Shown here piece by piece: positions 18,685 to 28,183 of a stretch of 53,301 nucleotides of DNA; within the stretch, counting starts at the first letter, position 1; each line of letters starts with the position of its first letter. Location: NCBI GenBank assembly GCA_041746575.1, contig JBGTGT010000075.1, positions 1-53,301 on the forward strand, in the 5' to 3' direction. A model generated the notes under the pieces. That model ran no database searches, was not told the origin of the DNA, and worked only from the letters and a program-made list of their open reading frames with translations. The position numbers were made by a program, and so were the translations under genes. The stretch comes from Microcystaceae cyanobacterium (GTDB lineage: Bacteria > Cyanobacteriota > Cyanobacteriia > Cyanobacteriales > Microcystaceae).

Positions 18685-19803
18685 TTATTGCAGATTTTCG
18701 AGACCTTTCACTACTTTTGCACTGATAATTTTGTCTTTCTCTGTCAATTTGTCTAAGACTTCTCTTCCCTTGACGAGATAACCAAATACCCCGTAACGAC
18801 CATCCATCAGGTTGAAGCCGGGAGGGGTGAGTTCGCTGTCAAACTTGAAAAAGAAAAACTGAGAAGAACCGCCATTCGGGTCATTGCTAGGACGAGCAAG
18901 AGCAACTGCACCATAGGCATTAAATGGTAATGCGAGATCGGGCAAGTAAATTCCCAAATCTTCTAAAGTTTCCCCATAAAAAGGCTCTTTCTCTCCTTTA
19001 ACTAGAATTTCTAAGGGAATAGCACGATAGTCTCCTGTCTTCGGATCATTAAAACCCACCGCTTCACCCGTGGGATCTCCCGTTTGGAGGACAAAGTTAT
19101 CTTCTGAACGAAGGAAGGGTAAACCATCATAAAAACCCCGTTGCACTAAGTCAATGAAATTGCCTGCCGTCAGAGGTGCGCTGTAGCCATCTACGATAAG
19201 GGTGAGATTCCCTTGAGTCGTTTCTAGATCAACGGTAGCTCGTCCTTTTAATTGGGGTAGATTGCTATATTTCGCCGGAACCTCAAAGGGGAACTCTTGT
19301 ACCATCAGCTCCTCAAGTTCAGTTACTTGAGCCAGAATTTGGGTGCGAATTTCGTCGATTTTACCTTTATTTTTGGCTTCTAAGGCTTTTTGTAACTCAT
19401 TTAACTCTGATTTTAAGGTGTCTGCGATTTCTAAGGCTTTTGCTTGTTTATTTTCAGGAATAGTCTTTAAGAGTTTATCCTGTTGGGTCGTCAAGAGAAA
19501 AGCCGCGCGTTTGACATCTTTGGCAATGGCTGACCAGCGTTTTCCCCGCAGTTGAGTGGCAATATCCTCAATAGCAGACTGAAATTGACGAATTTTGTCA
19601 TTATCAATGGGTAAAGCATAGCGAAGCAAAGCAGAGGGGTCTGTAATGGCATCGCCTTGCGCTAGAACGCTGATAAGCAGGGGTTCTGCTTGGGCTTTGG
19701 CGTAAAATGAGGTAAGAGAAATACAAGCGACCAAAATTGAAAGGATGCTGATTTTAAAGCATTTCTGCACAAAGTTTAGGCACTTAAGCTTAAAAGGTGT
19801 CAT
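18685..19803 (-). CDS. Cyclophilin-type peptidyl-prolyl isomerase (thylakoid lumen TLP40/CYP38-like)
   Basis: Signal peptide, GDAITDPSALLRYALP, helical bundle, then VDGYSAPLTAGNF..RGFYDG, GGSSQFFF, DGRYGVFG. Confidence 0.9.
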   Translation of the reverse strand: MTPFKLKCLNFVQKCFKISILSILVACISLTSFYAKAQAEPLLISVLAQGDAITDPSALLRYALPIDNDKIRQFQSAIEDIATQLRGKRWSAIAKDVKRAAFLLTTQQDKLLKTIPENKQAKALEIADTLKSELNELQKALEAKNKGKIDEIRTQILAQVTELEELMVQEFPFEVPAKYSNLPQLKGRATVDLETTQGNLTLIVDGYSAPLTAGNFIDLVQRGFYDGLPFLRSEDNFVLQTGDPTGEAVGFNDPKTGDYRAIPLEILVKGEKEPFYGETLEDLGIYLPDLALPFNAYGAVALARPSNDPNGGSSQFFFFKFDSELTPPGFNLMDGRYGVFGYLVKGREVLDKLTEKDKIISAKVVKGLENLQ

Positions 19804-20134
19804 AGGTATCCTGAATCTTTATCGAGATAATAACTGCACTGTTACTAATGTTACCAGTCAGTCGCTTCGCTCCCTCATAAAATAGAGTGGTAAATATTTC
19901 TAATTGATGGGAATACCGACAATACATATCTTCAATTCAGATATATGAAGCGTTATCCCTTAATATCTGGAATTATCTTGGTCAATCATCCTAGGAAGTA
20001 AAATATTATGCGAAAAACAGTAAATTCGCTTATCTTAGAGATTATGTTTTGCCTAATTCTACTTTTCTAAAATTAAACAACAAAATCACTAACAAGACAG
20101 GCTGACCCTCTCTCAATATTCAATGCTTCATCAT

Positions 20135-20249
20135 AAAAGTATCGCCTAGCCGATACTAAGGGATGCGTTCAAAGTTATCTAACGAGGAATTTACCCCTGT
20201 AACTGTCACTTATTCCCTAGAAGACGTTTTATTCGTTGGTAATCCTTAA
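20135..20249 (+). pseudogene. Truncated paralog of the 608-913 gene with the same upstream hairpin
   Basis: AAAAGTATCGCCTAG-N6-CTAAGGGAT matches 542-571. Mini-ORF 20163-20249 contains PVTVTYSLEDVL versus PITVTFSLEEIL. Confidence 0.55.
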
Positions 20250-20250
20250 A

Positions 20251-23200
20251 TTACCAAGGATTACCAATTAAGGTAAATGCAGACCAGTAGTAGGGATGAG
20301 TAAAATTGCGTTCCTCTACATTGGCGAAAACAGATGGGAGTTCAAAAGGTTGATTATTTACAATCAATTGACCTTTTTCAAGGGTAACTTCCTCTCTCAA
20401 TAGACTTAACTGTGCTTCTTGTAACGCTTGAGATTTGGTCGGAAATTTTTGCAACGATTGATAAAACAATGTCATTAATCCTAATGTTCCTTCGTCGCTC
20501 ACTTCCCAGAGACTGCCTAAGACCGATTTAACATTCGCGAGAACGGCCGCACCTGCAAAGCCTAATTCTGAGTTTTTGTCCCCTAATGCGGTTTGACAGG
20601 CACTGAGTACCATTAAATCAATGGCAGGGTCATTTAAGCCTAATCCTCGTAGTTCATTCAATTGAAGTTTATCGTTCCACAGTTGAATATAAGAATTACC
20701 CAGTTCTCCCTTTTGGAATTTGGCATGAGTCGCAAGGTGAAGAATTCGATAATTCTGCTCTTTTCGGGCAATTTGGAGGTTATCTATCGTAAATCCATCG
20801 TTTAAAAAGGTTTTACCTGTCCAAAGTTGATCGGCAATAATTGATAATTCAATGGGAACAGCTGGTAGGGGATTTTGTTCATCAAATTGGGACGCACCCA
20901 TGGCTAATACTTGCTGGCCGCGTAAATCTCGATAACGAAAGTCAGTTAATGACAAACTCGGCATCACGGCCATACTGTAATTTTCTACTAAAAACTGCTT
21001 ACCGTCGTGCAAAGCGGCTAAAGGTAGAGAACGAAGTCCAGAATCAAGAATAAATACTAAATTATTTATTTTTTGCTGTTTCAAGTCTGATTCTAAGGGG
21101 GCAATTAGCCATCGATAGAGTTGTTGAGAGGCAGGTAAATAAGCAGTCGGACGACGAGGATTGAGGATAAAAGTTTGAAATTCTTGAGCAATTTTCAAAA
21201 CTTGCTCTTTATTAACATTTTCGACACGTTTTCGGATTATTGTGCCATCTGCCGTTACTAACATCAATTCTAATTGTTCTTGCATGGGGGTGACTTCCTG
21301 CACCGTATGGCGACCTGCACTATCGTAAGTCCAGAGATTTTGGGGAGAAGTAGAAGGACGAAAAACCGCATAGATTAAAGCAGAACGAACACCCGTTTCT
21401 TCAGTGATGTTTTGTAAGATCGATTGAGATTCTTCTGCTGTAATCGGAGTTACGGCAGAAATTCCTAGAAAATTTTCAAAATCTTGGCTAAATGTTCCTT
21501 CCGTCTCAGCAAAACTAATAGATGTTCCCGCACTTTGCAGATTATCATTTCCAGACGATGCTAACGAACTAGATGAAGATATACTATTTTGACCGGAATT
21601 AACGGGAAGCAATACATCACGAATGATATCAATAGGAGGCTCAGGTTCGGGTTCAAATTCAATCGGTGGCGTGACAATGGGGGGATTAGGTTCAATCGGT
21701 GGCGTGACAATGGGGGGATTAGGTTCAACGGGTGGCGTGACAATAGGAGGCTCAGGTTCAACGGGTGGCGTGACAATAGGAGGCTCAGGTTCAACGGGTG
21801 GCGTGACAATAGGAGACTCAGGTTCAACGGGTGGCGTGACAATAGGAGGCTCAGGTTCAACGGGTGGCGTGACAATAGGAGGCTCAGGTTCAACGGGTGG
21901 CGTGACAATAGGAGGCTCAGGTTCAACGGGTGGCGTGACAATGGGAGGCTCAGGTTCAACGGGTGGCGTGACAATGGGAGGATTAGGTTCAATCGGTGGC
22001 GTGACAATAGGAGGATTAAGGAGGGAGGGATTGGTAAAAATAATAGCGATTTTTCCGACAGTAGTGGTATCTGTCAGAGTTGTTCCAGTAGCAATAATGT
22101 CTTGATTATTGGTGATAGCATGAGCCGTTCCACTATTAATAAAGTTAGATGATCCCACTTCAAAAATGGGTTCACCATGAGTAATAATAATATTAAACGG
22201 TTCGGAGGTATTGAAATTTGTAAAAATACTTGCTTCGATATTATTAGGATTTGTAAATCCTTGAAGAATTCTCACAAAACTATCACTGGTCAAATTAATA
22301 CTACCTTGTGCATTAATTTGATTAATTTCTATGCCTTCTTTGGCAATAATATTTACTTGATTTGTGCTATTAATTGAGCCTGTTCTTATCTGTCCATTTT
22401 GAGAATTTAAGATGAGTTGCTGGCTATTTAGATTTGCTGTATTGATATTGTTTTGTGTGGAAAAATTAATATTGAAAACATTAATATTATCAGCATTTAT
22501 ACTATTTGAATTAACAAAAAGAGTATCTAAAGGTTGATTATTTCCCACACTCTCATTAAAAGAAAGGTTTCCCAATCCAATATCAATAGTTAACTTATTT
22601 AAAGTTTGATTAGTAGCATTAAGGTTATTATTAAAAGTAACATTGCTATCGTTGGTACTTAATTTAATATCATTGTTTATCATGACAGCATCGTTGTAAT
22701 TTTGTTCTCCATTAGTCGTAATATTGTGGTTAATTTGAGTCATTCCTGCTTGATTTGTGGTAATAGAATTCGCATTAATTCTCTGATTAAACTGTGTAAT
22801 TCCCCCACTATTAATAACAACATTTCCTAATGCTTCAAGATTGCCGACTTCGCCGAGAAAAGTTATATCTCCTTGATTTACGTTAATGGTTAAGGGTTGA
22901 TTCCCATTCACTGTATTGATAAAACTGATATTATTAGCGTTAAGTATAATTGGATTAAGTAAAGTAACATTTTTCTGATAGTTTTGATTTCCTTGAGTGG
23001 TGACATTTCCCGTAATAACCGTTGGACTATTTGAGGTTAAATTATTGAGGTTACTAAAGATACTATCAGATAATGTAACCGGATTGTTGAAAGTTAAAGT
23101 AAGACTTCGATTATTTCCTTGTAAGGGTTGCTTGTTGAGATTTAATTGATTCCCTGTTAAAGTAGCATCCTGATTCAAACTTACGCTATTGTTATATGTC

Positions 23201-25500
23201 TGATTTCCTTGCGTGGTGACATTGCCTCTGATTACTGTTATTCCTCCCGCATCGGTTTCTAAATTTCCCTCAACAACTAAACTTCCATTTAATGTCGTAT
23301 TTCCTAAACTCTTCAAAATCAGTGAATTTGTTGCAAGAATATTGCCGTTAAGGATTAAATTTCCCGTATCTGTCTTTAAGGTATCATAATTAATTAAAAT
23401 TCCATTTTTGCTAGCATCAATCGTAGAAGCATTAGCTATAAAATCTCCACCCTGAGTTGAGATCAAACCATTAATAATAATTCCACCCTCTTGATTATTA
23501 TCACTATCTGTCGTTAATGTAATATTTCCTTCATTAGTGATCACTGGACTATTAATCATAACAATATTTGCAGATACTAGATCTACCGAACCCTTGCCTG
23601 TAGATGTAACTGGCGAATTAACTTCAAGATTATTCGTCTTTGCTGTTAAATTAATATTGCCGTCTTGAGTATTCAAAAAGTCATTAACTTTCACAATATT
23701 ACCCATCGCATCAATGTTTCCATTTCGGGTAATAATTGGATTATTAATACTAACTACATTTCCTGCACTTAAGCTAACAGAACCAATGCCCGTTGATTCA
23801 ATAAGAGAGTTAACTTCAAGATTATTCGTATTCGCTGTTAAATTAATATTGCCATCAGTTGTGATAATAGGTTGATTGTTAGTAATCGTATTTCCAGCAA
23901 CCGTAATATTGCCTTGGTTTGTCTGGATAGGATTGTTATTGATAGCAATTAAACTCCCTGCATTCAAATTTAACGAACCTTTTCCAGTGGCAAAAACACC
24001 CCCATTTAAAGTTAGATTGTTATCAGCATTGAGCGTTAAAGAATGATCACTATTCCAATTAATTGCTGCGGTACTCAATTGTAAAATATTTCCTTGTGCT
24101 GAGCCGACTTGAGTTGTCTCTATCACTAAATTTCCTTTCGTAGTCAAAAAATCGCCAATACTGCCAGAAAAAAGAATGATTCCATTGGTTGGACTTTGAT
24201 TAATAGGAAGTGCCGAACCCGGAAAAATAACAATATTAAGGGGATCTAATAATAACGTCCCTCCTTGTCCATTAGAAGCAGAAATATCAACTTGAGACAA
24301 AATATCCAAAGCCAATAAATTATTTCTACCGGAAACTTCCACAAATCCGCCATCACCTCCGATTAATCCTCCTTCTGCACGAATAAACCCGTCAAAACGA
24401 GTTGTATCGTCACTCCAAATAATAATTCGTCCTCCTTGTCCTTTCTCTAAACTATTAGCATGAATAACAGACGTCTGATCAATATTAGTAGTGTTAGCAT
24501 TAGGAATAACTTCATTTCCGCCTAAATCTCCGCCAATTCTAATTGTTCCACCATTATTTACGCCATCTGCTTTAATTTCTGCATTCGTTACCGTCACGTT
24601 TTCCCCCACTACCGTAATATTTCCCCCGTCACTAGCTGAACTGACATCAATATTCCCTGCAATCACCGTATTTCCTTGGAATTGAGGTAAATTATGAGAT
24701 AAAGTAAGATCATTCTCTCCAATTGTCAATAAAGTTGCTAAATCTACAGGTTTGATCGCTAAAGGACGATTTTCCTGATCTCTAGGAACATCAACCACTA
24801 AACTCACAAGGTTATTGGCCGTGCTAATTCGCAGTAAGCTCGTTCCCGGAATAGCTGAAACGGTAATATTCCCTTCAGGTGCCTCTAAAGTTCCCGTATT
24901 AACCACATTTCCCCCAATCAAGCTTAATTGGTGTCCTTCGTTAACTTTTAACACGCCGCTATTGACAATACTTCCAGATTGTGGTACATCAAAAGCAAAT
25001 TGAGACGGATCACCCATTAAATTACCATAATCATTGCCTCCCACTGCATCAAACCAAGTATTGTTACCAAAACCAATGCCTGTCGCCGTTGTAACCACAA
25101 AATCTGCCGGAACATTTAAGCGAGCATCTGCTCCGAAAATTACACCCGCCGGATTCATAATAAAAAGATTAGAATGACCCCCTGTCACTTGAATTAACCC
25201 ATTAATCACTGACGGATCTCCCCCCACCACGCGGGTTAAAATATTGCGAATATTTGGATTTGACAAGAAATTGGCAATTTGATCGGCAGAAAGCCCCAAT
25301 TGTTGTAAACTATGGAATAAATTCGCCCCATCTCCCGATAATTGTCCCCCCGTAATATTAAATTGATTTCCCTGTTGCTGTACCGTTGTTCCTGTCTCAT
25401 CTGCCGCCGGGATCACTAATTGCGCTAAGATCGATTGAGAAGCAACAACATTTACTGCTAAAACTGACAAAATAGAAGAGATAAATCCTGTGTTTTTCAT
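20251..25500 (-). CDS. Filamentous haemagglutinin (TPS-domain) protein with C-terminal CHAT caspase-like protease domain
   Basis: Signal peptide; NLFHS..NILTRVVGG..NPAGVIFG TPS motif; beta-helix repeats; GGTLLLDP; CHAT catalytic HLATHA and LSAC; C-terminal HPYYWSAFTLIGNPW. Confidence 0.93.
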   Translation of the reverse strand: MKNTGFISSILSVLAVNVVASQSILAQLVIPAADETGTTVQQQGNQFNITGGQLSGDGANLFHSLQQLGLSADQIANFLSNPNIRNILTRVVGGDPSVINGLIQVTGGHSNLFIMNPAGVIFGADARLNVPADFVVTTATGIGFGNNTWFDAVGGNDYGNLMGDPSQFAFDVPQSGSIVNSGVLKVNEGHQLSLIGGNVVNTGTLEAPEGNITVSAIPGTSLLRISTANNLVSLVVDVPRDQENRPLAIKPVDLATLLTIGENDLTLSHNLPQFQGNTVIAGNIDVSSASDGGNITVVGENVTVTNAEIKADGVNNGGTIRIGGDLGGNEVIPNANTTNIDQTSVIHANSLEKGQGGRIIIWSDDTTRFDGFIRAEGGLIGGDGGFVEVSGRNNLLALDILSQVDISASNGQGGTLLLDPLNIVIFPGSALPINQSPTNGIILFSGSIGDFLTTKGNLVIETTQVGSAQGNILQLSTAAINWNSDHSLTLNADNNLTLNGGVFATGKGSLNLNAGSLIAINNNPIQTNQGNITVAGNTITNNQPIITTDGNINLTANTNNLEVNSLIESTGIGSVSLSAGNVVSINNPIITRNGNIDAMGNIVKVNDFLNTQDGNINLTAKTNNLEVNSPVTSTGKGSVDLVSANIVMINSPVITNEGNITLTTDSDNNQEGGIIINGLISTQGGDFIANASTIDASKNGILINYDTLKTDTGNLILNGNILATNSLILKSLGNTTLNGSLVVEGNLETDAGGITVIRGNVTTQGNQTYNNSVSLNQDATLTGNQLNLNKQPLQGNNRSLTLTFNNPVTLSDSIFSNLNNLTSNSPTVITGNVTTQGNQNYQKNVTLLNPIILNANNISFINTVNGNQPLTINVNQGDITFLGEVGNLEALGNVVINSGGITQFNQRINANSITTNQAGMTQINHNITTNGEQNYNDAVMINNDIKLSTNDSNVTFNNNLNATNQTLNKLTIDIGLGNLSFNESVGNNQPLDTLFVNSNSINADNINVFNINFSTQNNINTANLNSQQLILNSQNGQIRTGSINSTNQVNIIAKEGIEINQINAQGSINLTSDSFVRILQGFTNPNNIEASIFTNFNTSEPFNIIITHGEPIFEVGSSNFINSGTAHAITNNQDIIATGTTLTDTTTVGKIAIIFTNPSLLNPPIVTPPIEPNPPIVTPPVEPEPPIVTPPVEPEPPIVTPPVEPEPPIVTPPVEPEPPIVTPPVEPESPIVTPPVEPEPPIVTPPVEPEPPIVTPPVEPNPPIVTPPIEPNPPIVTPPIEFEPEPEPPIDIIRDVLLPVNSGQNSISSSSSLASSGNDNLQSAGTSISFAETEGTFSQDFENFLGISAVTPITAEESQSILQNITEETGVRSALIYAVFRPSTSPQNLWTYDSAGRHTVQEVTPMQEQLELMLVTADGTIIRKRVENVNKEQVLKIAQEFQTFILNPRRPTAYLPASQQLYRWLIAPLESDLKQQKINNLVFILDSGLRSLPLAALHDGKQFLVENYSMAVMPSLSLTDFRYRDLRGQQVLAMGASQFDEQNPLPAVPIELSIIADQLWTGKTFLNDGFTIDNLQIARKEQNYRILHLATHAKFQKGELGNSYIQLWNDKLQLNELRGLGLNDPAIDLMVLSACQTALGDKNSELGFAGAAVLANVKSVLGSLWEVSDEGTLGLMTLFYQSLQKFPTKSQALQEAQLSLLREEVTLEKGQLIVNNQPFELPSVFANVEERNFTHPYYWSAFTLIGNPW
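21658..22018. repeat. 33-bp coding tandem repeat, 11 copies (PIVTPPVEPEP)
   Basis: GGTGGCGTGACAAT recurs every 33 bp from 21665 to 21995. Confidence 0.95.
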
Positions 25501-25561
25501 AAAAATTACCGCTTAAGCCCCCATCTTTTTCGCAACCCAAAAACCTTATCGATCTTAGCTT

Positions 25562-26407
25562 ATGAAACTGCACGTTGAAATGAAAGGACAAGGAGATCCC
25601 ATTCTGTGCTTACATGGTCATCCGGGGTCGAGTCGTAGCTTATCCGTGTTTACCGACCATCTTTGTGGACGTTATCAAACCCTATCCCCCGACTTACGAG
25701 GATATGGTCAAAGTAAAGCTTCAAAACCCTTTAAAATGACCGATCACTTAGATGATTTAAGCGAATTGCTCAATGATTACGACTTTAATCAAGGCTTACT
25801 CCTCGGATGGTCGCTCGGTGGCATTTTAGCCCTAGAATTACTGTTTAAATATCCCTCTCGTTTTAAAGGATTAATTCTCGTCGCCTCTGCCGCTCGTCCT
25901 CTTGGGAATCATCCCCCAATTTCATGGCAAGATTTAGTGTTAACAGGAATGGCAGGCATCATTAACCAAATTAACCCCGGATGGACGTGGAATATTGACT
26001 TATTCGCTAAGCGATCGCTGTTTCGTTACCTTTTTCAACAACACTCCCCCCAAACCTATCAATACCTAGCCAGAGATGGATTTATCCCTTTTCTGCAAAC
26101 CTCTTCTCACGCCGAAAAAACCCTCAATACCGCCCTCAAACAAGGCTATAATCGCTCAGAAAAACTGAATACGATACAAATTCCCGCCTTAGTGCTAGCA
26201 GGCGAAAAAGACTGTCATATAACCGCCTTCTCAAGTCAACAAACAGCCCAAATCTTACCGAATGCTCAATGGAAATGTTATCCCAATACCGCCCATCTTT
26301 TTCCTTGGGAAATTCCTCAAACGGTGTTGAGAGATCTAGATCTTTTTTTAGATCAGCGTGTTAATTCCCCCTCCCCTTTGGGGAATGTTAAAGGTAGCCC
26401 ACAGTAA
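25562..26407 (+). CDS. Alpha/beta fold hydrolase
   Basis: LCLHGHPG, PDLRGYG, nucleophile elbow GWSLGG, GEKD, AHLFPWE. Confidence 0.9.
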   Translation: MKLHVEMKGQGDPILCLHGHPGSSRSLSVFTDHLCGRYQTLSPDLRGYGQSKASKPFKMTDHLDDLSELLNDYDFNQGLLLGWSLGGILALELLFKYPSRFKGLILVASAARPLGNHPPISWQDLVLTGMAGIINQINPGWTWNIDLFAKRSLFRYLFQQHSPQTYQYLARDGFIPFLQTSSHAEKTLNTALKQGYNRSEKLNTIQIPALVLAGEKDCHITAFSSQQTAQILPNAQWKCYPNTAHLFPWEIPQTVLRDLDLFLDQRVNSPSPLGNVKGSPQ

Positions 26408-26454
26408 ACCTAGCGTAAAGCGGGCGAATTTCCAGTTTAGGGGGGAACACTGCT

Positions 26455-27333
26455 TTGGATCAGCAAAAATTACTCGGTTACTTCATTGAAGAAACGAAAG
26501 AGAACCTAGAAACCATCGAACAAGGGATTTTAGATCTCTCCTCAGCCGTTGAAGACGTCGAACGCATTAATGAGATGTTTCGTGCCGCTCACACCGTCAA
26601 AGGAGGGGCAGGAATGTTAGGCTATAGCAGTATCCAAAAAGCCGCCCATCGCCTAGAAGACGCCTTTAAAGTCCTCAGAGAGAACCCGCAAGGGATGTCC
26701 GTCGATCACAAGCTAGAATCCTTGTTTTTGGGGGGGTTTGATGTACTCAAAGATTTAGTCGATAAACTCCAAGGTACATTTGGACTCAAAGACGAAGATG
26801 CCATGCTAATTGTTGAAGCGGCAGAACCCACTTTTAGCCAATTACAAGGTTATTTAAATCATCTGCTCGATCAAGCGGAATCTGCCCCCCAGGGCAGTCA
26901 AAAAGCACCAGATGCTTCTGTTGACGCTCGAGGGTTACTGAAAGCGATGCTCAATATCTTTAAGCAATCCGCTACCCCCAATAATCGAGCTGAATTACAG
27001 CAATTATGCGAGCAACTCAGCCATACTGCTCCCCAAGATAACTCGTGGCAAACCCTCGTCAAATGCGCTCAAACGGCGATCGCTAATCCTGCCCATTCTT
27101 ATCGCACCCTTGCTCCAATTATCATTAAAGAACTCAAACAAGGCAGTGATTACTTAGAATTAGGAAAATCAGCAGGTGAAATTAGCTCCTCTAATGAACT
27201 CAAACGCCTTGCTGTAGCTAAATATCCTCAAATTCTCTTAACGGTTGATCCCCAAGCGATCGCGTTAGCCTTACGTCAAGTCTTCACGCAACAACAAATT
27301 CGGCAATTGTCTCAATTGTTAAACGCTAAGTAG
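26455..27333 (+). CDS. Stand-alone Hpt-domain protein (CheA P1-like)
   Basis: YFIEETKENL...EMFRAAHTVKGGAGMLG...AHRLED; no kinase domain follows. Confidence 0.88.
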   Translation: MDQQKLLGYFIEETKENLETIEQGILDLSSAVEDVERINEMFRAAHTVKGGAGMLGYSSIQKAAHRLEDAFKVLRENPQGMSVDHKLESLFLGGFDVLKDLVDKLQGTFGLKDEDAMLIVEAAEPTFSQLQGYLNHLLDQAESAPQGSQKAPDASVDARGLLKAMLNIFKQSATPNNRAELQQLCEQLSHTAPQDNSWQTLVKCAQTAIANPAHSYRTLAPIIIKELKQGSDYLELGKSAGEISSSNELKRLAVAKYPQILLTVDPQAIALALRQVFTQQQIRQLSQLLNAK

Positions 27334-27384
27334 ATAAGGTAAGATATTTTCACGATTAACTGGTTACAAATGACTGATTTTGCT

Positions 27385-27413
27385 ATAGTAACAATATAGT
27401 AAAGTTTTGTAAC
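27385..27413 (-). promoter_or_regulatory. HLR1-like (RpaB-type) direct repeats
   Basis: Minus strand GTTACAAA-AC-TTTACTAT-ATT-GTTACTAT resembles (G/T)TTACA(T/A)(T/A)-N2 repeats. Confidence 0.35.
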
Positions 27414-27418
27414 AAACC

Positions 27419-28030
27419 TTGAAAACGATTCCCAATCCTCAACAGGCAACCACCCACACCTTATCATGGTGCGCTCTCGATGTCCGATGGCAGGGAGATG
27501 TCGAAGTGATTAAGCAAGGCTTACCTCATGCCCAACTCTCCCCAACATGGCAAGTCTTATTATTAGGAGATGGTTCACCCACACGCCATTTACAGCTATT
27601 GACAGGGGAAAAAACCGAAGTAGATGTGATTGATATGTCTTTAGTTGGGGAAGGGAATGACGGCGCACCTGCACAGATTCAAGCGATCGCCCAACCCCTT
27701 TTACGACGGCAAGTGTGGTTGAGAACGGCTTCTGGACAACGGTTAGCTTATGCGGCTTCTTGGTGGGATGCCAACCATGTCGATGAATATTTGCAAAATC
27801 GTTCCTTGCCTATCTGGGATAGTTTATCTCAACTCCACACCGAACTCTATCGGGATATTCAAGGAATTTATTATGGTCAATCTCAAGCTCTAGCCAAAGC
27901 CTTTGGCGAGAAAGACCCTTTTTGGGGAAGACATTATCTATTTTGGCACGATAGAAAGCCTTTAACTTTAATTTATGAAGTTTTTTCTCCTTATTTGCAA
28001 AAATATTTAGGGAAGATGAGTGATTTTTAA
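27419..28030 (+). CDS. ubiC: Chorismate pyruvate-lyase (UbiC-like/Ycf21)
   Basis: LLLGDGSPTRHL, RRQVWL, LAYAASWW, WGRHYLFWH..PLTLIYEVFSP. Confidence 0.85.
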   Translation: MKTIPNPQQATTHTLSWCALDVRWQGDVEVIKQGLPHAQLSPTWQVLLLGDGSPTRHLQLLTGEKTEVDVIDMSLVGEGNDGAPAQIQAIAQPLLRRQVWLRTASGQRLAYAASWWDANHVDEYLQNRSLPIWDSLSQLHTELYRDIQGIYYGQSQALAKAFGEKDPFWGRHYLFWHDRKPLTLIYEVFSPYLQKYLGKMSDF

Positions 28031-28140
28031 TAAGGATTAAAATATACAGTAGTTTGCCATTTGCTGTAATTTCTCGTAGGGGTGCAAGGGTTATGCCCAA
28101 AAGTATCTGACAATCCCTCGCAACTTGCTGTATATCCACA

Positions 28141-28165
28141 AAAAAAGGGGAGATAATCCCCCCCT
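28141..28165 (-). terminator. Intrinsic terminator of crhR
   Basis: Minus strand G-rich/C-rich stem (AGGGGGGGAT..ATCTCCCCT) followed by a T-run, just after the stop codon. Confidence 0.65.
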
Positions 28166-28183
28166 AAATCATAAATGGTTAAC

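Noticed and set aside
21561..22152. ORFs 21561-22007, 21589-22152 and 21623-22105, and a possible CRISPR-like array
   Set aside because: These are alternative-frame readings of the 33-bp coding tandem repeat. Units are contiguous with no unique spacers, so this is not CRISPR.
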